This document shows, in pieces, positions 34,422 through 47,596 of a DNA stretch of 64,000 nt. The notes under the pieces were generated by a model that was given only the letters and a program-made list of their open reading frames with translations, searched no databases and was not told the origin of the DNA. The DNA is from Kudoa neothunni (Eukaryota; Animalia; Cnidaria). The stretch's first letter is position 1, and every line of letters begins with the position of its first letter. Made by a program: the position numbers and the translations under genes. Location: positions 3,968,114-4,032,113 of the forward strand of contig OZ199839.1 in NCBI GenBank assembly GCA_964304625.1. The letters are read 5' to 3'.

Positions 34422-37307
34422 CTAATTACTGACGTAGCTGTACTAACAAATGAAAAACTTCATTAATTTCACATATTTAAATAAGGAAGTACAAAAGGGT
34501 GTATAAACACCTCAGAACGCTCAACCACAAACCAAACGACTTTTACTTAAATAAACCTACTTAATGTACCCAAATATGCACATTCAAAGAAAACGTACAA
34601 AATCACACTGAATCGTGTCCAGAAAATTAAACCTAACATCCAGCTAGTCTGATGCTCGATCAGCAGCAACTCCTGCCCAGAATCCTTGATTCGTACACTT
34701 ACTCAACGCAGGCCGTTCCCTCAAATTGTGACATACACCCTCCAGAGCTGGACGGCCTATACACACTCATCCCTATGTTTCTCCAGCTAACTAACTCCAA
34801 GTCTCATTATTAAGCCGGAAATTTGTTACAAATTTTTCTAGATTTCACGTTCAACTCGAGAAAATTATTTTAACCATCAACTACAACACCCAGCACAATA
34901 CGACGTCTAATAAGGCCCAATCGGAGGACTATGAGACCGCAGAATCGCACCAGTCCTTGATTTCTCAGTTTTATTATTGACCTTGGAGGAAACGCGGAAC
35001 TACAACATCCGATTATCCAAGTACAAACCAACTTAACAAATAACACCGATATGGTAATACCAACAAATGCACTGATATTGATAAATAGATTCAATGAGTT
35101 ATCTCCATAAATTACAACCAAGTAGCCAATAAAATCGATAATACAGTGTTTAGGGATGGGGTGATATTTTAGAAGTGATAGATGATTGGAACAGTTAGCA
35201 CCCACACAGAAATTAAACAGAGAAATACTAGGTTAATCTGTTGAAAGGGAAACTGTACTAAGAACTACTTATGATAAGACCGCTGGTAAATCCTAGCCTC
35301 ACACCCGTATATAATTGGCAACATAGGGGTAATTTAGACGATGGGGAAAACATCAATAACTAAATAAGTAGTGTGGTTACTTGTCTGTGAGAATATTTTA
35401 GACATATTCCATATTAATTGGTGTGAAATTGCGAAGCGTGATAGAAGGCGGTTCGATAATGCACGCAGTGATTTCCCAATTATTTTATCCCCAAAATATA
35501 TTTTGACAGCAAAAACCCCCTTCAAATTTTGACAGAAGTCAAAAATGTTATGACAATTAATTGCATGCTAATCGCACTATTGTCCTATGCGTACTTGATA
35601 AATGGATTATAAATGTTGCTCTTGCTGCTGTAAATGTTAGTTGAGAAGCAGCATCATAAAATTCCACAACCGTTAAACTCACAATTATCAATTATTCCAC
35701 ATTGTAGTTTACCGCAAAGCTAAACCACTTGAAAAACTTTGCAATAAACTACTTAATATTGTCGTCAACGCATTCCCAAAGCTCTAATATTATTTTTGAT
35801 ACCAGTGACGCATTTGCGTTCAAACTATAATTTGCAATGTGGCAATAGTTACACCTTGTAGAGTGTTATCAAGCTGACTAGAACAAATTGATTTTATCAT
35901 ATGCTAAGTACATTTAGGGTATTAGAGTTAATCTCTCGATATTGACAGGCTGTGAGTTGGTCTCGTTTGATGCTTAATATTTCCCACCAATTTTCCTTTG
36001 AAATTCATAAAATAATTTTATTCATGTTCGCAACCGATTTCTTTGATCACACATGCTTGGAACTATCAGAAAAAAGCGTTAATACTTTAAGAAATTATCT
36101 AGTTATTAATGTTTATAATACACACAATTAGATTTTGTGTGAAATTAAGCCCATCTGATCACCTCCGAAAAATTCTGACTGAAGCAGGAGAGGTGGCTGA
36201 TCAAATTTCTGCTAAACCATCTATTTGGCTAGATCAACTCATTCAAGGTATGTGTGATTTGTTATTTCTCATTTTGGTGGGTGTTATGTGAAACAATATT
36301 TTAAATGAAACCAAGTGGCACCAACTACAGTCTACTTGCTGAAATTTATGTGATTTTTTATTTTTTTACATACAACAGCCGATAGTCTTCACACAATAAC
36401 ACTAATTATAATAACTGCTGCAGTTATAGCAATAGTAGATGGATACAGCTTATCATCAATTATACTTACTATAAAAACATGCCGCCCACTGCGTTGTGTT
36501 ATGAGTGGGTTGCATTGATTGATTTGTTGGTTGTTTACACATTAGCGGTTGAACTTAGTGACAGCTTTTCAACAATTGAAAATCAGCCATTGAGACAATG
36601 ATTTATGTCTCACTGAATTCCATTGTTGTGAGCCACTAAATTTAAATTAGGTGGTCCGAACATCTTGCCACCCTTATTTATTCGTTTATGCATTTATCCA
36701 TTTACCAGGGGATTTCATTCCGGTTAATGTGTTTAGAACTGTTTCAAGGAGATAAACATCACAGAAAATTCACAAATTTGTTATCTATAGAGATAATTAA
36801 CTCTAATTATATTCAGCTTATCAGCGACTGTGGCGACCACACATAAAATCCTCTGAATTCTATTTTAAATTTAAATTGTGCTCATGCGCCACGAGGTTTA
36901 AATCTATTGAAATCTGCAATTGTATCCAAATCCAATTGAGATATTTTTATCTTTCGTTTTAACAATCGAAATCCGCAATTTATTTTGTTTTTCTTGTATT
37001 GATTTTTCTTCATTTATCAAATTTCGGTCGATTATTCCTATTCGAGTTGTCCAAACAAGTGGCTATATTTTATTCAATCACGTGATAAATAATAAAATTA
37101 TCCCCCGGTTATTGTTTTCGTTGCTAATTAACGAAGTTGTCACCAGGCTGGTGCAGCACTGTTTGGTTGTAGTAGTTTTAGATTTGTTTGTCTGTACTTT
37201 GTTGAAATTTTGTATGTTTCACTTCACCTACCCATCCCCACTCATTCAAATCCCAATAATTATACTAATCTTGGTCTATCTTTAGAAACCATATCAACAA
37301 TTCAGCT

Positions 37308-39578
37308 ATGTCACAATCTCCGATGGAAAACATAGTTGGAATGGATGACGACAAGCAGCATCAAAATCTCACCAAATTGGCTGCGACAACTAATCTGAAT
37401 GAACATATCTCGTTCAATTGTGGTGCAACCACACCCACATTACCCACCAATGTAAGCATTTAAATTATTCATCACTAGTAACAGTTGCTACTACTATTGG
37501 GTAGATTTTTATTAACGCCCAATCGTCTCCGCTGGCTACTCCGCGCTCTAAGTGTGATGAAAATCCGTGGTAATTTTTTGGCGTTTCTTAGGCAGACCGA
37601 TTAATTGGTGTTATTTTTTTTATTCAGTAATAAGATATTCGTTGGTGGGCTCAGTTGGGACACTACTCAAGGTATCACAGCTTAAATTTTGATTTAAAAT
37701 TATCATTTTCATCCACAGAAAAATTGTATGAATACTTTTCCGAATTTGGCCCCATAACAGATTGCATTCTGATGCTGGATGGAGCCACTGGTAGATCAAG
37801 GTAGGATTATTGATTGTTATGGAAATTCTTCCAAATAACTGTTAGTTTATCTCAGTTTATGTTAATTTATGATATTATGTGTATATTGTAGAGGATTCGG
37901 CTTTGTTACATTCCTCCAACAGGAATCAGTCAAGTCTGTTCTCTCCGTCAAACAACACATCCTCGACAACAAAATTATCGACCCGAAGGAAGCTGTTCCC
38001 AAGCACATTAAAGACATTGAAAATAGAGTCAATTCAAGCCAACCCAATTGTCACACACCAACACTCATCAACAGCTATAGTTGCAGTAACGGCTGTGGTG
38101 GTGTTGTTAGTGGCACAGGAAATAATGCGATCCCAGTAACCGCTGCAACAACTAACACTACCAACAGTCATAACAATAGTGGTGCTAAGTCATCTGCGAA
38201 GCAATCTCTTTCACGACGTTCGTCGTGTGTTGGTGAACAACTGATTTTGCCGAATACCTCCTTCGGTTGTCAACACAATTCAATACCCTCCTCTTCGTGT
38301 TTTCTATGTCCCAATGTGTTGCACAACACCAAAATATTCGTAGGCGGAATCGGACACGTGTCAGAAGCTGACCTACGGGAATATTTCTCCACTTTTGGCA
38401 CTGTTGTCGATGTGAACATTATGATGGATAAAAGTACGGGTCGTCCCAGAGGTTTCGCCTTCATAGGATTCAGCACCAGCGAAGCGGCCGATCTCACCGC
38501 ATCCATGCGGTATCATTTTGTTCGAAATAAACAGGTCGAAGTGAAAAAAGCTCTCCCCAAAGATACCAAATATCTCTCTACACCCAATCACAACACCGCT
38601 GTTTTTAGTAATGTCTCTTCTGCAGTAGCGGCGGCGACAACGACGTCGGTTATTTCTGAGAACCATTCAATTATTTCACACTCCCATTTTCATTCCACCA
38701 ATCTACACAATAACAAAAACAGCTTCAACATTACCTCTTATCCATCTGATAAAAATATTCTCAAAAATTATAATTCGATAAATAATGATTATCAACAACA
38801 ATACCCGCTTCATTCCACCAACAATCCCAAACTAAATTCTACTTTCGATGAGAGTATCGTTAGTCATGAACAACCCATCTCCAATGTTGTCACTCCCGTT
38901 GGTACTGCCAACTGTAGCCTGGTTTCCGGTTGCTCTACCGTTGGCAATGACGATCGTACTGCTAGTATTCTACAATCTGCTACTGTCTATGGAGGTAATT
39001 TTCACTATGTGTTTGAAATGAGTTTGAGCGTTCAACCTATAACTACGATTTTTCATCACTCAATTCGGTAGATTTGATTTGATCTGATATTAGGCGAGTG
39101 GGACTTTGACGACGTGATCCACTTTGATGATACCAAATCAGGGGCTTTTTTAACCACTAACTCATTTGGTGGTGTAAATTCACCTTTGCACACCAACCCC
39201 ATTAATAGTGATATCCATGCCAACAATACCGCTCAACCCAACAACCTCATTCATTCTGTGAAAAACCTAGGTGGAGCGGTTAACGGCAGCAGTACTTTAT
39301 TGCATCGCCATGACAACACTCCTTTTGGAATTTCGAGCAATCGAGGTAGTTGTGGTAGAAGACCTCAAGGTTGCGCGTTGGGGTTCGACACCAACTACGA
39401 CCTAAACTTAGGTATTGCCAGCGCCTGCAATCCATCAACCACAGTGACCGATCGCCTTCAGCCCACGCGATTTAATAGTGTTGGAGACACCACAACATTA
39501 CTCAATCGTCAAATACCAGATGATACCAAAAATAGTATCGTCGAACTTCTAAATGAAATATGGAAGTATTTATTCTAG
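37308..39578 (+). CDS. Musashi/DAZAP1/hnRNP-D-type RNA-binding protein with two RRMs
   Basis: Spliced RRM1 NKIFVGGLSWDTTQEKLYEYF...GRSRGFGFVTF...IDPKEAVPK and RRM2 KIFVGGIG...RPRGFAFIGF...VEVKKALPK. Exons ~37308-37451, 37505-37569, 37628-37671, 37719-37800, 37892-38994 and 39094-39578. A small extra last exon ending at 39628 is possible. Confidence 0.85.
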
Positions 39579-40045
39579 TTTCATTTCAAGTGTGCTAACT
39601 TTTTTTATTTTTTAGGGGAGCTGGATAAGTTTTCTGGTATTTCCTTCCAGCGTTTTGTTGCCATACCAGTTTATATTTCTCTCTTCAATTTTTCACTATC
39701 TCTAGTAGTAGATTTAGTATTCATTTATTACACTTTTGTTTGTACCAAATTAGTCATTTAGTTTATCTATATACTTGTATTTTTCGCGAATTATTTGCAT
39801 AGTTTCTCTTATAAAATCATCTTAGGTTTACAAAATGCATTTAATTTTTCGTTCGGTTATAAATGCGGCTGGAAGTATCTCCTTGAGACGTCTAACCCCG
39901 TGACTTACTTTAGTATGCAAGATCGATTTTCGTCGATGTGGGTCGTTGAATCTAGTGAGAAATAAATTGTGGCAGCTGCCTGAAATATTTTAGTAGTATG
40001 TAATGTATTTTTACGTCATATATGTATCATGTTATTATGCCTTAA

Positions 40046-40990
40046 CCCATTAAGGGTTAATGTTCCTTTTTCGACACACGAATATAATATGATTTTCTCT
40101 TTGTTTGAATAACCGGATAACTTTACATAAAACATATATTGGAATAGTCAATCAGAATTAATTTACAAAATAATAAGAAATTTTATTATATGGTTTAAGG
40201 AATATCGTGCTATTTACGCTCAACCACTCATTTAGTGCCAATAGTGAAATATTATGGCGGAATTAATTTATTTCCGTCCATAAATTTGTGGTTTAATATT
40301 ATATACGTTTACGACTCAATGTCATGATTATCTATGATATATAGTTGGAATTGAGAAAAATATTACCAAAAAAACATGTGCCGAAAAAGAAACAGTAACT
40401 CCTCCATGTGGAAATTTTCAATGAACCATTTACACAGACTGTTGAAATTCTTGATAGGCATAGTTCGTTCTGAAAATTTATTAGACGCATTTAATGAATT
40501 CAGCGATAAAGATGAAATGATTTTAAAGATATTACCATTCTTCCTCCTATCACTGTTAAGAATTTAACGGATGAGGAGGATAATTTCATGTCAAATTTAA
40601 TAGTGGATACAGGTATAAGAATTTTACTTGAAATATGCGGAGAGATTGAGGGGTAATATTATTATTATCAGTAAATCTTTGATGACAATGTTCCTCCTAC
40701 CTAGAAAATTTTCCTCGAATAAAATTAGTTTTGAAACTTTCAACGAACATGCTCCATTTATTACCAGTTAAGACATACGCGAAGAACCTGCGTAAATTTT
40801 AAGAAAAAGTTGAGTCCTACGATGTTTTTCAACAACTTTTTGACGAAAACGTAATGATGATTGTAAAGCAATCTAACTTATACATTCAGCAGAAAAATGA
40901 CCTCATCCTTAACCTGACAGCCAAATAACTCATAACTTTTATTGGTATTCTGTTAGTTATCCTTTATCACACGTTGCCTGGCAATATATA
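40046..40990 (+). mobile_element. 5' remnant of a piggyBac transposon, truncated by a pogo/Tigger left end at ~40993
   Basis: TTAACCC end at 40042. Decayed translation SYDVFQQLFDENVMMIVKQSNLYIQQKN...LITFIGILLV. TA|CAGTCGAATCCCG follows at 40991. Confidence 0.6.
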
Positions 40991-42279
40991 TACAGTCGAA
41001 TCCCGTTTACCCCAAAATCGTGCTATCCGAATGATTTTTTAAAACTTATTCGAAAATGATGTAGATACTAAATACAAAATTTTGTTTAACCGAGATCCGG
41101 AACAACCTTTTGCTGGAATTTTTGGATAAAATGCTTAAAGTCTGGATTAGTGCCTGGTTAAAATGGCACCTACATTTATTTTTTGATACGTATGTTCGTT
41201 ATTAATTCAATTTAAGTTTATGTCTGATTCATAGAAATAGAAATATCGTAACGTAGATAATAAAGTATTTTATGTTCATGATGAACGAATAAATTTTGGG
41301 TAGAGACAAACTTCCTTATATCATTCCAAGAGTAATAAATATAAAGATGGAATTTTTTGGATTGTTTAATTACAAACTAGAAGTGACTTCATAAGACCAA
41401 TTTATCCACGGAATTGACTCAATTAAACGATGTTCACACATCAGTTTTTCCCATAACACCTCCACTTTTAAGTCTTATTGAGCCTTAGCAATCATTAATC
41501 AATATTAAATTATTGGAATATGACATATTTTAATTAATGAGGAAATTCTAAATATCGTTATGGAGAACTTTGGGAAAATACTCCTCATTGTTACATTATT
41601 ATTCTTACCATCATTATTAGTACAACTCACAATATCCAAATAGGGAAGAAATTATAAAAAAATTAGTAATAATAATAGTCCATTTTTAATTCTAAAAAAT
41701 GTATCATTCTAATATAGGGCGGCGATGTTTAGTTCGCACATATCGGTAGTATGCGTGTGTCGATTACGTTGGATCTAGATTCTAGAACTACTGTGCCTTA
41801 ACCTTCTAAGTAGCTGAAAAATTTACACCCTCCAAATAGAAATTGGGTAGAAATCTACCCTACTTTTTATTTGATAAAATTTTCTCAAATAAAAATCAGC
41901 ACTGACTGACAAAATATGAGAAAAAGTCGTCGAATAAATTTTGAATCAACGACAAATTATTAAAGTTATATTCTATATACGCATTCGCATAATTTAGTGT
42001 TGTTACGTTTCTATGGTGAATGATTGTATTTATAGATGTATTTATGCGTTTTTTTAGTTTTAATATTTAATTCAAGTTTCATAACAGCTGCCAATTAATT
42101 TATCCTATTTATACAACGCAGGGTAATACTGCGAAGAAAAACACAGAATTATGGGAAACAGTGCTTATTTCACGAAAAAGTTATCATATATGTTTTTTTG
42201 AATGCTCTCTACAACGTAGAAATAAGCAAACTAACGAAGTCTTCGTATTTTAAATAACTGGTATAAAAATAATGAGATA

Positions 42280-44320
42280 CGGTGGGTGACGGCTAATTCG
42301 CAGTATGGATAATTTTCACTTTTTTCACTGTCGCCAAAATAAATAAACTTGAGGTTTTTATCATTTTATATATATATATATATATGAGTAGAATTATTAA
42401 TTACGGCATTATACAACTTAAAAATGTTTCATCCTATTAAATATAAGAAAATTTTATGAGTTAAACCCATGGATGGATAATTCGCACTAATTTCCGTGGA
42501 GCAGGGATGCAAAACGCGCGCCGGTATCATTTAATACGGAAATATGGGTGAACAAAGAAAGCATAAATGGATGACACTTACCGAAAAATATAATATTATT
42601 AGATACTTCGAAACTCAGCCTCCAAAAAACGCTAGAAGTCACACAGTGAAACACTTTGGCTTATCCTCTATTTCAACTTTGAATGGAATATTATTGAAAA
42701 AAGAGGAAATAAAGAGCTCCGCTGAGACCGAAATAGTCAAAGGAAATGGTAAAACCTTGAAAAAGGATTCAAATGATGAAATTGATTAACAAGTTTTTGA
42801 GCGGTTAATATGGATGAGGTCTACAAAATTGGGAATTTCGTCGTTGGAAATTATTTCGAAACGAAATGAATTTTCATAAAACATTAATAAAGAAGCGGAA
42901 GGTATGAGCTATGGTTGGTTTCGTGGATTCAAAGAAAGATTTAAGTTACGACGACTAAATTTTCGTGGTGAGGCAAACATGGAGACTGTCGATGATTGAA
43001 AACTTAAATTAAAAAATGTATTGAAAAATTATAAAGCTGAACAATTGTACAACCTTGATGAAACAGCTCTATTCTGTCAGCAATATTCCAGTAAGATATA
43101 TAAGCTATACAAAAACGACAAAAATCATCATTAATTTGTTACATGTCGTAAAAAAATAATTATATCAACATTTAATTTATGTCAATCATCGACAAATACC
43201 GATTGGAATTTTTTATGAACTATTTTACAATACATTATATTCACTCGAACGTATTTATGGTAACCTGATTTAGGAAGAAATTATGTTCTATCTACTGAGG
43301 TAAATGCAAAATGCTCAAAGCGATAAAAAAAAGAGTTACGCTTTTATTGGGAGCATCACCATCAGGCGAAAAAATGGAACCATTAGTGATTGGTCATGAT
43401 GAAAAACCAAGTTGTTTTAAAAATTTGAAAGATACTCCAGTCCCTTACTTCTCCAATAAGAAAGTATGGATGACCTCGGAGATATTTAAGAAATATTTAG
43501 TTAAATTAAATGCTAATTTCAAGGAGAAGAACAAAAAAATTGTGCTATTTCTTGATAATGCGAGTTGCCATTCACCACTGCAATTATCAAATAATGAATT
43601 ATATTTTTCCCTAAAAACACAACTAGTGTTCTACAACCTGTGGCTCAAGGGATTACTAATTCATTTAAAGCTGTTTATAGAAGATATCTAATAAATAGAT
43701 CTACATTTTTAGTTGAGAATGATGTCGAACTTAAATCGATTGATTTATTAGATGCGTTGGTACTTGTAAAAAAATCGTGGGAGCACATAACGATCCAAAC
43801 CATATCCAATTGTTTCAAGAAAGCTGGATTTAGATTCGATGATAACGAAGATCCTTATTACTATTTTTTACAAACTTAATAATTATACATCGACGAACTT
43901 GAAAACCATGAAGTTTAGATGGAATCGACAATCCAAAGATAATACAATGCCAAGATAAAGAAGAACTCGTTCAAGTCTGCGAATTTGAGGACAACCATTG
44001 AAACAGCGGCGTAACCATGAATGTAGAAGAACAGTCTGATTGCGAACCCGAAACATACAAAGAAGAGTCATATACCACGAAAGAAACGCTGGAATGCTCT
44101 GATTATTTAAAGGGAGATTTCATTTAGAATGGATCAAATATTTTGGATTATCTTCACAAACTAGAGGAGGAAATGTTTCTAATCCAAAAAAAGGATTTGA
44201 GCAAACGAAAATAACAAATTTTACTTTAGAAGAGTAGGATAATATCACATTTCTTATAAAATCGACCAAAATCTTTTGCGCATACGTTAAATAAAAGTGC
44301 GAATTAGCCGTCACCCACTG
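42280..44320 (+). mobile_element. pogo/Tigger transposon with a decayed CENP-B-like transposase
   Basis: 23-bp TIRs C(G/A)GTGGGTGACGGCTAATTCGCA with TA TSDs. HTH (ORF 42544), YNLDETAL, KRVTLLL, WMTSEIF and LFLDNASCH motifs, with stops and frameshifts. Confidence 0.9.
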
Positions 44321-44592
44321 TATCAAATTAGAGGCTTGCGTATTGCAGTAGATGCAATTAATTTCTAGAGTTAAGTAGAGATATAGCTAAATTAAGAAAA
44401 ATTTATTGAATTTTATTTAATGTAATATTTTCTATGCTTAAATGATGGTTCGGAATAATAAATAACAGCAAATAACCGTTTCCATTCGTTACAATAAGGC
44501 TCGTATCATATAATCAGTGAACATAACTAAAAAATTTGTTTTTAAATATTTATACATGGAAATGGGCGGAGAATATTTAATTCTGTTTAGTT

Positions 44593-45135
44593 CAGTGTCG
44601 GGAACCTATGGATCGCAGACAAATTTTCAATTTAAAAAAAAGGTTCCGATAAACTTCCTTGCTAATATGCGAAATGGTCACAACTGAAAATCGGTTACCT
44701 ATTGTATCACACTGCAGTGTGCAAGTACTGTTGTAATTACAATGTTTGGCTCTACATATGCACGTAAGCAGTCTTTCTACGTCTAAAAAAAGTTAAGACC
44801 AACTTACTGTCACGTTTAACGGATTTACGCCCGAACACCTGAATGAAGCTTAATCTTACCAAATATCAACCACACTACAAAGCCACCTGCAAAACCATGC
44901 AGAACCAGAAGTCGCATTGATGATGAGAAATATTCTTCATTGATTAGCAATAGATTACAATGCTAATAGAAGGAATTTAGTCACTTAATTTACTTTGAAA
45001 TGTTGGAATTATATAAAACGCGCATGTGTATTTCTATTTTAGTTTTAAAACATGTTATATGGCTCTCATGGAATTAGTTTTTTAAACGTGTGTGGACTTG
45101 GTGACTCTCTCGTCAAAAAAGGTTCCAGACCCCTG
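44593..45135 (+). mobile_element. Short hAT (Charlie-like) non-autonomous element
   Basis: CAGTGTCGGGAACC...GGTTCCAGACCCCTG. TSD GTTTAGTT/GCTTAGTT. MFGSTYA...SRLTD dimerisation-domain remnant. Confidence 0.8.
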
Positions 45136-46339
45136 GCTTAGTTTGTTATTAATCTTCTTTATGTGCAGAAAGGATCGATTTTACAAACTTGGAAAATTAT
45201 AAAAGTATCGTCTAATAAAAAATAAATATTTTAGCTATATCACTGACTCTCTCGCGGGTAAGATGAGGAAATCTCCTGGATCAAATTTGACCCGAATGAC
45301 AGGCGTTGCCTATCTTTTGTTTAATTTTTAAGAAATTTTTATGAATTAATCTGTGGCTTTGCAATTTCGTCAACTATGACGTGAGCACTAGACGAAAATT
45401 ACTTTTCTCAAGTTTGTCTCTCCTTCAATAGATAATTATCATACAAATGAACCATTAAATAACATTATTATAAAGATTTTTTCCCTTTTTAACGAAATTA
45501 ATAAAACTTGCTATGAGTACGACAGCGTCATTTATTCAAACACAAATAGATCGTAAAAAATAAATTTAAGGAGCAAGTTTTCACAATAATTTAAACCATA
45601 AGTTAGCCTAATTTACGCAGTTTACATAACAAGAATTTTAAAAATTTTAAATGGTAAAATTATAAAACGAATAAATAATTAACAACAAAATCATTTACAA
45701 CTCGAATAAAGATATATTTTCTTAATTTTTAAACTTCCATAATTATTTTTTCCTTAAAAAGTAAAAACGTATTCACTCCATTGTATAAAGAGAGTGAGAC
45801 TTAATTTGTTCATCAAGTTAAGAAGCGCCGTCTTAATGTCGTACATTTGCGTGACCTTCATCCTTAGTCTTTGTTTCTCTCGTTTATAACTTAAAATTTT
45901 ATTTTTTTGGATCTTACATAATTAAGACTACATTCTATTAATTAAATGTGTTCTAGCCAACAGACTTTAAAAATGATCATCATTGAAATCTCGTGTAATA
46001 ATTATTCTAATAAGCGAGAATAGATTATTTAGAAAAATTTGGTAGATTAAAATTTTCAAGTATGTGAAAGTTGAATAAGTCACAAAAAACAAGTTTCTTC
46101 ACGAGGAGTTTAATAAAAATCCGTATACGCAATAACACGATTTAAATTAAATTTTCTAACCTATATTTGAGGAAAGATAAACTGTAACTATAGGTAACAA
46201 TGAATAATTTTAAGCATCTACATCTCAAGCATATCGATATATAACTCAAATTCAATACGAAAAACTTACGTAAAAACAATCTATCAAACAAACCAGGTAA
46301 TAAAGATGTAATTAGAGTTAGTTGCTAAAAATCTCTATC

Positions 46340-46637
46340 TCAGGCCTTCGCTTTATTTTTTTCAGCTGCTTCTTGTTTCAGACGTTGTTTCTCTTGTAGA
46401 GCTTGAGCGTCTCTAAATTAGGTCTTAAAAATTTACGAACATTTTCACAGCTAAATACCTTAATCTACGTTGTTCCATATTGAGACCTACGTTGCTTGCT
46501 TTTTCGCTTGACTTTTTAGATTTTTCCAACTCTGCTTGTTTCTTTTGACCTTTTTGTCTTGATAATTCGCGTTGATTTCCTCCTAAATATGTCTTTGCTT
46601 ATTTTAAAGACTCAGAAATAAACTAAAGACTTGTCAT
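46340..46637 (-). CDS. SERF2: Small EDRK-rich factor (SERF/4F5/MOAG-4), 3 exons
   Basis: Spliced MTRGNQRELSRQKGQKKQAELEKSKKSSEKASNVGLNMEQRRLRDAQALQEKQRLKQEAAEKNKAKA*. The MTRGNQRE and RDA...QEKQ motifs and the tiny first exon are typical of the family. Confidence 0.93.
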
Positions 46638-47596
46638 TGTGACCCTCTATAACAAAGCTAATTTCAGGCATGCGCGAAGAATATTCAATAACTTGGCCTG
46701 CTCTGTGTTGCAAATTGTTTGACACCTGACTGTTTACTATTGATTGTATTAACTTTTCTGTTTAAGCTACATTCTCGACTTATAATTCTAATATGGAATT
46801 TCAATGAGACACAAAGTTTGTCATCATTCATTTTTATCGCAGTCGATTTCAGAGTATTTGTAACTCCTTGAAATTAGACATTAATTTATTATAACTCACA
46901 TACATTTAAGAAATATTGGAATAATTTTTTCCTTGCCTATAATAAAAATAATAATAATAATACACGTTTAGTTAAACACTTTAACATCGTTTCATTATAT
47001 CTAAAGTTATAGATATAAAACCTTTATAATAAAAGATTATAAGATACATGAATATTTTATAAAGCTATAAGTTTATAATTATAATTTAATGAGATAATAT
47101 TTTACCTCAATTGTTTTTAAATCATCAACTCTAATAAGAAACTTTGTTAAAATTATAAAATTATCTTTTAAGGTAATTAATTAAATTTTAAAGAATTCTT
47201 TTTGAAATTTATTGCTTCAAATATTGTTAAGGCACCAAACGCAAATATCAAAAGGAAAGCTCGCACGGTTTCATTACTATCTTAGAGAATCGACTGCAGA
47301 ATTCCAGATCAAGAGTGATGGGGTATTTCAAATAAAAAGCACACGCCTTTGTTACCTACTGGTGAAATTTAATTGGGTATAATGAGAAGTAGTATTAACG
47401 AGGACTTTGTAAAAATATTTTTCTCTTGGTTGTTGTATACAACACAAAACTTTATGGAAACCAAACACCTCGAGACCCACATAAATAGCGCATTCATTAT
47501 TTAATTAATCATTGTCCAAAACTGAATGGGTAGTACAAGAAGTGGAACCAGGCAACTCTTCCGGTGAAAATATAAACGTTTACAAAAACAAAATCC

